The notes beneath the pieces are model-generated. The model was not told the origin of the DNA, searched no databases, and saw nothing but the letters and a program-made list of their open reading frames with translations. The translations under genes and the position numbers were made by a program. A stretch of 22,590 nt of DNA from a virus: IMG/VR virus record IMGVR_UViG_3300006598_000001, positions 1-22,590 of that record; one strand, given 5' to 3'. Positions 7,029 to 13,815 of this stretch are shown piece by piece (position 1 is the stretch's first letter; each line of letters starts with the position of its first letter).

Positions 7029-7246
7029 ACCGCCAAAGACGATCAGCCAAAGACGTTATAATTCAATATACCAATGAGCTGCTTTTGCGTCCGCTCGACA
7101 ACGACACCAAAGCCAAGCTTTTGGCCATTGAGACCATTGCCAATCGGATGAGCTGGATGGACCTTTACAACCGTCTAAGGTTTCGCAAGGACCAGGTCGT
7201 GGTGCAGGAGGCTCAGGAAAAACCAGAGCAGTGGTGGCAAAAGTGA
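7025..7246 (+). CDS. Hypothetical protein (73 aa from GTG 7025; track start GTG 6995 is the alternative)
   Basis: GTG 7025 overlaps the micro-ORF stop (GTGA). No motif was recognised. Confidence 0.5.
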   Translation: MNRQRRSAKDVIIQYTNELLLRPLDNDTKAKLLAIETIANRMSWMDLYNRLRFRKDQVVVQEAQEKPEQWWQK

Positions 7247-7692
7247 AAATTTTGGATTTAACCGCCGGCCATCGGGCTATATGGATCGATAAAAAGCACC
7301 CAATGGCCACATATCTGGATATTCGTCCCGAAATGCATCCTGATTTTATATGCGACACTAGATCCATCCCAGAAGAAGTTGGCACCGGATTTAATTTGGT
7401 TGTTTACGATCCCCCTCATGCAAATTTTGGAGCCAAAAATAAATGGTCCGAGCGATATGGCCATTTTACCCATTTCCAGATCCTCGACTCCATAAAGCAA
7501 TCTGGCGCTGAGGCTCATCGCGTGTCGGCAGCAAATGCACTTATGGCCTTTAAATGGAGTGAGCGTTCAATAAAACTCAGTAAGGTTTTGAATCTACTTT
7601 CAACTCACTGGGAGCCATTGTTCGGAGATGTGTCAAAATATTTGAATAAGAGATCTCAAACTCATTGGGTAATGCTCAGGAGGCTGGATTGA
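7243..7692 (+). CDS. Small SAM-dependent methyltransferase (probable DNA N6-A/N4-C type)
   Basis: Motif I-like ILDLTAG, YLDIRP, and motif IV VVYDPPH. GTG 7243 overlaps the upstream stop (GTGA), with alternative GTG starts at 7231 and 7234. Confidence 0.65.
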   Translation: MKILDLTAGHRAIWIDKKHPMATYLDIRPEMHPDFICDTRSIPEEVGTGFNLVVYDPPHANFGAKNKWSERYGHFTHFQILDSIKQSGAEAHRVSAANALMAFKWSERSIKLSKVLNLLSTHWEPLFGDVSKYLNKRSQTHWVMLRRLD

Positions 7693-8096
7693 CCATTCCA
7701 CCGGATTTAATTTTGCTGGCCGCTCTGCTTTGGATTGGCTGGTATGGGATTAGTATATTAACTACGAGGTTTAAAATGAAAAAAGACACCACTGAGGTTG
7801 GTTTCATGGGCGAGATCCACCCGACAGCTTGCCTTTGCCACCCAAATCAATTCGTCACTTTGGTTTTTCAACTGCACCCGGTCCTTGGCCGGCGAATAAT
7901 CGGTCAAAAATTATTCCCGACCATTGAGGCGGCTGACGCTGCGATCAGGGAAACCGTTATGGAATTTGCCAAGGTGGTTATTGAGCAGTCAGGGCTCAAA
8001 GTCGATGAGGCGGTCAATGTGACTGTCGCTCATGGTCCAGCGGCCGACGCCAATGAGCAGCGTTATTACCAGGAAAACTCCCCTCACCTGCACTGA
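7689..8096 (+). CDS. Hypothetical protein with an N-terminal TM helix (alternative start ATG 7776)
   Basis: TTG 7689 lies 5 nt after SD aggagg and overlaps the methyltransferase stop (TTGA). It gives MTIPPDLILLAALLWIGWYGISILT. ATG 7776 also has a gagg SD. Confidence 0.5.
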   Translation: MTIPPDLILLAALLWIGWYGISILTTRFKMKKDTTEVGFMGEIHPTACLCHPNQFVTLVFQLHPVLGRRIIGQKLFPTIEAADAAIRETVMEFAKVVIEQSGLKVDEAVNVTVAHGPAADANEQRYYQENSPHLH

Positions 8097-8097
8097 A

Positions 8098-8140
8098 TTG
8101 ACACTCACTCCCATTGAGGTCAGACTTTGGTGAGTGTCAA
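8098..8140. promoter_or_regulatory. Perfect 11-bp inverted repeat (ttgacactcac / gtgagtgtcaa) with a 21-nt spacer
   Basis: Read directly. It is intergenic, immediately after the stop at 8096, with no T tract. Each arm contains TTGACA. Confidence 0.5.
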
Positions 8141-8168
8141 TGAATGGCACCAAAATCAAGGGGGACCT

Positions 8169-8366
8169 ATGAGAGTCAGAGGATCAGTGTGGAAACACGC
8201 TGGCAAAAAAGCCGGTTACAGCCAATCGATCGGCTCATACGGCTATTCCAAAGCCAACGACCGATATTTTAAGCTTACTCCTGTTAAAGGAGGCAAAAGC
8301 CGTGAGTATTCGAGTCCGCAAGCCGCAATGGCCGCTGGATGGGCTATTGTCCAGCACGGCAAATGA
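8169..8366 (+). CDS. Hypothetical small basic protein
   Basis: ATG 8169 follows SD aaggggga. It is 65 aa. Confidence 0.5.
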   Translation: MRVRGSVWKHAGKKAGYSQSIGSYGYSKANDRYFKLTPVKGGKSREYSSPQAAMAAGWAIVQHGK

Positions 8367-8638
8367 AACATGAAATAAAGCTTGAGCCACCCGAATTCAA
8401 ACGGGTGGCCTCAGGCCATAAAAACAATGTGCTGGTCGATAACGATCCTGGATACCAAATGGGCGATGAAATCCAACTCAGGGAATGGGATCCAACCCCC
8501 GTATCGCCAACCGACAAGTCGATCCCAAAGGGGTTTACAGACTCCCCGCCGCTCGAATTCAAGGTTGGTTACGTGCAAGTCCTGGACTCAAGCCGCGTTA
8601 TATTGAGCCTGCTTGCAATCAAAAAGGCCAAAGGGTAA
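8363..8638 (+). CDS. DUF3850 / ASCH-like (PUA-fold) protein
   Basis: ATGA overlap with the upstream gene. MKHEIKLEPPEFKRVASGHKNNVLVDNDPGYQMGDEIQLREWDP matches the DUF3850 pattern (HELKI.P.yF..v.sG.K.fE.R.NDR.f.vGD.l.L.E). Confidence 0.6.
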   Translation: MKHEIKLEPPEFKRVASGHKNNVLVDNDPGYQMGDEIQLREWDPTPVSPTDKSIPKGFTDSPPLEFKVGYVQVLDSSRVILSLLAIKKAKG

Positions 8639-8669
8639 CAGGCCGTGAAAAGCCTGATACGCTGTAATT

Positions 8670-10235
8670 GTGGCAAAAACTGGGAGACCAAACCTTTATC
8701 ATAAGATCAACTGGGACGAATTCGATAAGCTGGTGTCGTATCAATGCACCCAAATCGAAGTCGCTCACTTCTTTGGCGTCTCAGTGGACACCTTGGACGA
8801 CGCTTGCCGTGCTGAGCTGGGCGAGACTTTAGCGGAGATTTGGCAAAAAAGACGGTCCCTGGGTAAAGTCCGATTACGCAAAGCGCAAATGTTAAACGTC
8901 GAGCGTGGTGCTCCAGGCTGGGCGACCATGGCCATTTACCTAGATAAAAAGATGTTTCCTGCTGAAAACCCAGACACCCCCCCTCCCCCAACGGATCCCA
9001 ATCCGGTAAAGGAGGAGGACCGCATCCTCACTTTCAACGAATTTTGCATAAAATCTTATTACTTTGAGCCGTTTCCCAAACAGGAGGAAATGAGGGCCTT
9101 TGGCCTAGACCTCAACGTGACAAGGCTTTTGCTGGGTTCACGGGGTTATGGAAAAACCGATTACGTGACGATCATGGGGGTTGCTTACGACCTTTACCTC
9201 GCTTGGAAAACAGGCAAGGACCTCTCAGAGCATACCAATTTGATCATTACCAAGTCCAAGGCCCGTTGCGGTGCCCTTATTGAGGAAATCGGCAACGCCC
9301 TTGAGCGCAATGGCGTGCCTTTGGACAAGTTTACAGGCTCGGTTATCAGGATCAAAGGGTTGATCGGCCAAGATCACTCAGTTGAGGCCATTACGATCAA
9401 GACCTCGATGCGGGGACGCCACCCAAAGCGAATAATCATGGACGATCCGGTGACGGACGAGGACGTAAGCGAGGCAATGCGCGAAACCGTCAAGCGCCGA
9501 TACGATGAGGCTTACAAGCTTTGCAAAAATATCCTGATCATTGGTCAGCCGGCCCATGCGCTCGACCTTTACGCAAAGCTGCGAGGCATTATTAAAACAA
9601 TGGAGGTCCCTCACGGCCAAATCCCTGAGCTGGACGCCGATCTTGAGGCCATGAAACTTGCCGGCGTTGATCAGCATTCAATTGAAATGAGTTATCACTT
9701 AAGGATCCCAGTGGACGGAGCAGTCCCATTTGGATCGCTCAAATACACTGACGTTTATCCGGCTGGTGACTCGGTCGCGTTTATTGATCCCTCTGAGGGG
9801 GGTGATTACACGGCAATCACGATCCTTAAAATGGTCGGTCAGGGCTTTGTTATTGAGGGATACGCATGGCAACGGGCCTGGTTTTTATGCCTGGATGAAA
9901 TGGTCCCAATCGTCAAAAAGCTGGGGGTTAAAAAGCTTTGTTTTGAGACCAATACCACGGGCCAGTTTCCATTGAGCCAGCTCCGTCAGGTCTTTGGTCC
10001 AATTGGCGTTGGGGTGGTTGGCAAAAACTCTGACAGCAATAAGGAGGCCGTGATCATGGCCGCCGCGTCCATGAGCGCGATGTTACACTTGAGCAAGCAA
10101 TCGAATGCGGCTTACACTGAGCAGGTTACTGGTTACACGGCCAAGGCCAAACACGACGATGCACCGGACTCTTTGGGACGCTGTCTTGAATGGCTCGGGT
10201 TTATTAAGGGCAAATCGGTAAAGGGGAAAAAGTGA
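8670..10235 (+). CDS. terL: Terminase large subunit with a fused N-terminal small-subunit-like HTH domain
   Basis: Walker A is GSRGYGKT and Walker B is RIIMDDPV. Nuclease acidic motifs are VAFIDPSEGGDY and HDDAPDSL. The N-terminal ~95 aa (GRPNLY...IEVAHFFGVSVDTLDDACR) looks like a TerS HTH, joined by the Pro-rich linker PDTPPPPTDPNP. The GTG start lacks a clear SD. Confidence 0.85.
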   Translation: MAKTGRPNLYHKINWDEFDKLVSYQCTQIEVAHFFGVSVDTLDDACRAELGETLAEIWQKRRSLGKVRLRKAQMLNVERGAPGWATMAIYLDKKMFPAENPDTPPPPTDPNPVKEEDRILTFNEFCIKSYYFEPFPKQEEMRAFGLDLNVTRLLLGSRGYGKTDYVTIMGVAYDLYLAWKTGKDLSEHTNLIITKSKARCGALIEEIGNALERNGVPLDKFTGSVIRIKGLIGQDHSVEAITIKTSMRGRHPKRIIMDDPVTDEDVSEAMRETVKRRYDEAYKLCKNILIIGQPAHALDLYAKLRGIIKTMEVPHGQIPELDADLEAMKLAGVDQHSIEMSYHLRIPVDGAVPFGSLKYTDVYPAGDSVAFIDPSEGGDYTAITILKMVGQGFVIEGYAWQRAWFLCLDEMVPIVKKLGVKKLCFETNTTGQFPLSQLRQVFGPIGVGVVGKNSDSNKEAVIMAAASMSAMLHLSKQSNAAYTEQVTGYTAKAKHDDAPDSLGRCLEWLGFIKGKSVKGKK

Positions 10236-10369
10236 AAACCAAATACGTGACTCTCTTTATCGTTTTTGCTCTGCTTTACTTTTTAAATTCATGCTCATGT
10301 GACCAATGGTTTAATAACGGATGCGAATTCAAGGAAACTTGGGTTGGCTCATTTTTTAAGGGGGAATAA
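10232..10369 (+). CDS. 45-aa lipoprotein micro-ORF (MKTKYVTLFIVFALLYFLNSCSCDQW...)
   Basis: GTG 10232 follows SD aagggga and overlaps the terL stop (GTGA). The lipobox is L-N-S-C. Its stop overlaps the next ATG (TAATG). It is below the track cutoff. Confidence 0.5.
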   Translation: MKTKYVTLFIVFALLYFLNSCSCDQWFNNGCEFKETWVGSFFKGE

Positions 10370-10599
10370 TGGAAAAGGAGCTGGCACTCGCGCTCGACTT
10401 TAAATCGGCACCAAAAGAATTACAGGATGCTGCAACGGCCCATTTCGCCAATATCAAGGCCACCGCCAAACTGAAAACTCAGCTTGTCGAATTGAACCGT
10501 CAACTGACTGAGGCTGAGGCGTCAGGCGAAAAGACGGCAAAGGCTTACCGCGTGGCCCTGAATTCATGGGATCCGGGCCTCGATAAGGCGGCAAAATGA
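10369..10599 (+). CDS. Hypothetical coiled-coil protein
   Basis: SD aaggggga. It is 76 aa and helical/charged. Confidence 0.55.
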   Translation: MEKELALALDFKSAPKELQDAATAHFANIKATAKLKTQLVELNRQLTEAEASGEKTAKAYRVALNSWDPGLDKAAK

Positions 10600-11693
10600 G
10601 CTGGTTTTCTTTTCTGGGGGGTTCATCGAGCAAAACTGAAATGATCGATATTTACCCGATACCGATCAGCGAGAGAGATTTCGTCTCAATCGACGTTCAA
10701 AACATATATACCCGCATCCTTACTGACGTTTTGGAGCGCACCCAAGGCATCCCAGAGGACGCAAAAAACCTGCTTTGGGATAACTGCTTGGCCTCTGAAA
10801 AGCAGGACGGCTTGGTGACAATGGTCGCAAAAGCCATGGTCGGCAAATCGGACCTTTTCCTGGTCTATATCAAGGGCCTCAAAGTGATCCGCAAAGCTGA
10901 TCCCTCTGAGGAGGCTCAAATCAGAGCTGATTATAAGGCCAAAGGGGAATCGTCGGTTGGCGTTTACCTGACGTTCAAAAACTATGGACGCACCGATATG
11001 GTCAAGTTTTACTCCCAGCTTGAATACTGCTCGGTTGGGGGACTTTGGAAACAGGGTAATATCTCAAAGGCCATCCAGCTCAAATTCAGTGACCTAAGGG
11101 GGAGTGTGAGTCTCGGTGACAGCGCAGAGACCAAAACCCAGGCCCAGGCCATCGCCACGGGTTTATCTCAGGGCAAAGATATCATGCTGGATGCCAAGGA
11201 CACTGTCGAAACCGCAAAGCCTGATATGGCCGCAACCACCGCTGCAATGGATTTCATCGCTCAAAAGAGATCGTTTTATTTGGGTATGCCGGCAACCTAT
11301 TTGACCGGTGAGGCATCCAAAGGCCTTGGCGACTCTGGTAAGGGCGACAGCAAAGCCACCGAGCGCGGTCTCAAGGGGTATTATTTCAGCATTGGTAAGC
11401 CTGTTATTGAGGGCATTTTTGGCGTGAAAACCACGTTTAAGTCAGAGGATACCGAGGGCCTTGAAACCGCTCTCAAAGTCGTTGAGACGTTTGACCGCAC
11501 CAGCGATGAGCACTTGTCCAAGGACAATAAAACTCTGATCGTAAATAAAGCCTTTGGCCTCGATGAGTCTGAGGTTGGTGATGAGCCGGATCCGAATGAT
11601 CGAGCCAATCAACCCCCCGCCGCAATCGATCCAAAGACAGGTAAGCCAGTGGTGCCACCTGGGACGCCACCAACGCCGCCTCCCAAGGCGTAA
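10596..11693 (+). CDS. Portal protein (candidate, small)
   Basis: ATGA overlap with the upstream gene. It is 365 aa and lies between the terminase and the Mu F-like gene (SPP1/Mu synteny). The C-terminus is Pro-rich. The call rests on synteny only. Confidence 0.55.
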   Translation: MSWFSFLGGSSSKTEMIDIYPIPISERDFVSIDVQNIYTRILTDVLERTQGIPEDAKNLLWDNCLASEKQDGLVTMVAKAMVGKSDLFLVYIKGLKVIRKADPSEEAQIRADYKAKGESSVGVYLTFKNYGRTDMVKFYSQLEYCSVGGLWKQGNISKAIQLKFSDLRGSVSLGDSAETKTQAQAIATGLSQGKDIMLDAKDTVETAKPDMAATTAAMDFIAQKRSFYLGMPATYLTGEASKGLGDSGKGDSKATERGLKGYYFSIGKPVIEGIFGVKTTFKSEDTEGLETALKVVETFDRTSDEHLSKDNKTLIVNKAFGLDESEVGDEPDPNDRANQPPAAIDPKTGKPVVPPGTPPTPPPKA

Positions 11694-11696
11694 GGG

Positions 11697-11891
11697 ATGG
11701 GCCGCCGCACTTACAAGATGTGTGAGCGTAAACGTAAACTCAAAAGCGGGGAGGCCAATAAAATGGCATCCCGTTTCAATCAAAGGAAATACGAGTGCCC
11801 GATTTGCGGGCATTGGCATTTAACCAAAATGAAAGGCGATCAAGATGAACCGGGCGACACGACGAAAACAGGCGATCCACATAGCGAATAA
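11697..11891 (+). CDS. Small basic zinc-ribbon-like protein
   Basis: It is 64 aa and contains RKYECPICGHWHLT. Confidence 0.45.
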   Translation: MGRRTYKMCERKRKLKSGEANKMASRFNQRKYECPICGHWHLTKMKGDQDEPGDTTKTGDPHSE

Positions 11892-12021
11892 CGTGATTAA
11901 GGGCCGGCAATTGTCCGTTGCCAAAAAGCAGTATGGACTTGGCTTAGTGATAACCAATCTCATGTGTGTGATCACTTTTGGCCCATGGACTTTTGCGCTT
12001 TGGGATCGACGGCTCAAGTAA
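11845..12021 (+). CDS. Hypothetical 58-aa ORF (alternative start GTG 11893)
   Basis: It is not in the track. Its stop TAA 12019..12021 overlaps the next ATG (TAATG). The SD is weak. Confidence 0.3.
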   Translation: MNRATRRKQAIHIANNVIKGRQLSVAKKQYGLGLVITNLMCVITFGPWTFALWDRRLK

Positions 12022-12197
12022 TGCTGATTTACCTGCTGGTCTCTTTTTACATAGGCCTCTGCTTTTCGCCTGAGATACCGGTCCCAGTGCCCGTTGACTC
12101 AAGGTGCTTTGAGGCTGGGGTTTTCAATGAGGATATCGGCGACGACGACCTGGATTGCCAAAATGATCTATATTTGAATTGGAGCAAGCAACGGTGA
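12021..12197 (+). CDS. Hypothetical 58-aa membrane protein (MLIYLLVSFYIGLCF...)
   Basis: It has a TAATG overlap upstream and a GTGA overlap downstream with the Mu F-like gene. It has one hydrophobic helix and an acidic tail. Confidence 0.35.
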   Translation: MLIYLLVSFYIGLCFSPEIPVPVPVDSRCFEAGVFNEDIGDDDLDCQNDLYLNWSKQR

Positions 12198-12715
12198 GCA
12201 TTGTTTTCGATCCCCGCAATATGCTTAAAAAGGTGGCACCGGTCGCAAAAATCAAGCGAATGGTATCCAGCCGATTGTCTGTCAAAAGGACAATACTTGC
12301 GCATATTGGCTCGGATGAGTTTCCGATCGATGAGAGGTCCCTTGCAAAGGTCGCTCGAAACACTTTGCTGGGATATAAGGAGCGCATTGCCAAGGCTGTC
12401 GTTGACGCTGGATTTCAGCGGAGCGCCGGCACTGAGGAAAAACAGGCCATCCTTGACGATCCCAAGCAGCTCATTCAACGTGTCCAAAACGAGGTCGTTT
12501 ACCAAGTCCACCAGGGGATCAAAGAAAAGTATTCGGGCCAAAAGGCTCGATGGCTCCCCTCGGACGCCGATGAACCTAGACCAGAGCACCAAGCCAATTA
12601 CGGTAAGGTGTATATTATTGGTGAGGGGATTGACGGCGTTGAACCCGGCGACGAGTACGGGTGCAAATGTGGCGTTGAAATTTTAACGGATGAAACCCAG
12701 CTCGATTTGAGCTGA
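12194..12715 (+). CDS. Minor head protein, Mu gpF / SPP1 gp7-like (short form)
   Basis: The C-terminal ARWLPSDADEPRPEHQANYGKVYIIGEGIDGVEPGDEYGCKCG fits the Mu F family motif (R..H..l.G.......PG....nCRC). It follows the portal. The start is uncertain (TTG 12179, GTG 12194 or ATG 12221). Confidence 0.65.
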   Translation: MSIVFDPRNMLKKVAPVAKIKRMVSSRLSVKRTILAHIGSDEFPIDERSLAKVARNTLLGYKERIAKAVVDAGFQRSAGTEEKQAILDDPKQLIQRVQNEVVYQVHQGIKEKYSGQKARWLPSDADEPRPEHQANYGKVYIIGEGIDGVEPGDEYGCKCGVEILTDETQLDLS

Positions 12716-12734
12716 TAACCCAAGGAGTAATACG

Positions 12735-13379
12735 ATGCCAGATCCAAACCCAAACCCCAACCCGAATCCTAATCCTACACCGGATCCCAAGGACGCGGAG
12801 ATTGCGAAACTCAAGGCCGACCTTGCAGCTTTGCAAAAAACAAATCCCAACCCGGATCCCAATCCTAAGCCTGACGACGACTTGGCCCGAAAAGCCCAGT
12901 TGAAACGCGAGGAGGATGAAAAGGCCAAAAAGCATGAAAAGGCTTTGGAGGCCGCGATTGTTTTCACGACTGGTGCAAAGGAATGGCTCAAGACCAACGC
13001 AACGCTCCTCCCCAAAACCGTGCCTGGGATTTTTGAACAGGCCGAAAAGGAAAACTACGGTTCTGCGATTGAAAAGGACGCCGCGATCAAAGTCGGGATC
13101 ATTTCGGAGTTTTTTGCCCAGCAGGCCAACCTCGACTTACTTACGGCATCCCAAAAGTCTGTACTTGAAGATTTTAAAAAATTGACCAAGACTGATAAGC
13201 AGGACCGAGCGCAGCAATTATACGACTCAATTTTTGAGCCGACTTTTGAAACCCTTAAAAAGGTCAAGAGAGCTGAGCAGGTTGCAAAAGGCCACGCTCC
13301 TCAAAGTGACGCGGACGAGGCTTATCGAGAGAAGTTGATGAAAGGTTCACGAAAACACTATCTAGGGGAGAAACAGTAA
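12735..13379 (+). CDS. Scaffolding protein (candidate) with N-terminal Pro-Asn repeats
   Basis: Strong SD aaggag. It is 214 aa, highly charged and helical, and lies upstream of the decoration and capsid genes. Confidence 0.55.
   Translation: MPDPNPNPNPNPNPTPDPKDAEIAKLKADLAALQKTNPNPDPNPKPDDDLARKAQLKREEDEKAKKHEKALEAAIVFTTGAKEWLKTNATLLPKTVPGIFEQAEKENYGSAIEKDAAIKVGIISEFFAQQANLDLLTASQKSVLEDFKKLTKTDKQDRAQQLYDSIFEPTFETLKKVKRAEQVAKGHAPQSDADEAYREKLMKGSRKHYLGEKQ
12738..12788 (+). repeat. Degenerate hexanucleotide tandem repeat (ccNaaY)n encoding PDPNPNPNPNPNPTPDP
   Basis: Read directly. A second patch NPNPDPNPKPD lies at 12843..12875. Confidence 0.9.
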
Positions 13380-13380
13380 T

Positions 13381-13815
13381 ATGCCACACGACGCAAATAA
13401 AATTCAGATGGGCACCACACGGTCGAGCATCCGCGAGGTCTCAAACCACGTCGGTGCCATAGCCGCTGGAAAAGTCGTACGTTTAAAATCCGACGATACA
13501 ATCACCACTGTCGTCACTGACGGTGCAGCAGTTGGCGTTTCGATAGGTCGAGATCAATCGAGCACGACTCAAACTCATACCGCGATCGTTGACAGAGGTC
13601 TTGGGGTGCCGATCCTTTTGGACGCCGCTTATGAGCCTGAGATTGGTGAGCAGGTCGCAATCATTGACGGCACCGGCATTGCCCGAGCATACACTGGCAC
13701 GGGCGATTATTACGTAAACGCACATTTCAGCTCTGAAAAAATGAGCGCAGTCGATGAGGATGGCGCGGCCATCACCAACGGAGCTGCATATATTGATTTC
13801 CCTGGAGGCTTATAA
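13381..13815 (+). CDS. Decoration/cement-like small beta protein (DUF2190-like), paralog 1, without insert
   Basis: It is 144 aa and ends PGGL*. It aligns with the N- and C-terminal parts of 13815..14651. It lies between the scaffold and the capsid gene. Confidence 0.55.
   Translation: MPHDANKIQMGTTRSSIREVSNHVGAIAAGKVVRLKSDDTITTVVTDGAAVGVSIGRDQSSTTQTHTAIVDRGLGVPILLDAAYEPEIGEQVAIIDGTGIARAYTGTGDYYVNAHFSSEKMSAVDEDGAAITNGAAYIDFPGGL

Noticed and set aside
12047-12592. 181-aa minus-strand ORF, and the 161-aa + strand alternative-frame ORF 12201..12686
   Set aside because: Both lie entirely within the Mu F-like gene, which has a recognisable family motif. They lack SDs and have low-complexity, Ser/Leu/Arg-rich composition typical of shadow ORFs.
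12738-12788. Short tandem repeat as a CRISPR-like or minisatellite element
   Set aside because: The 6-nt period has no spacers. It is in frame and coding (the PN dipeptide repeat).
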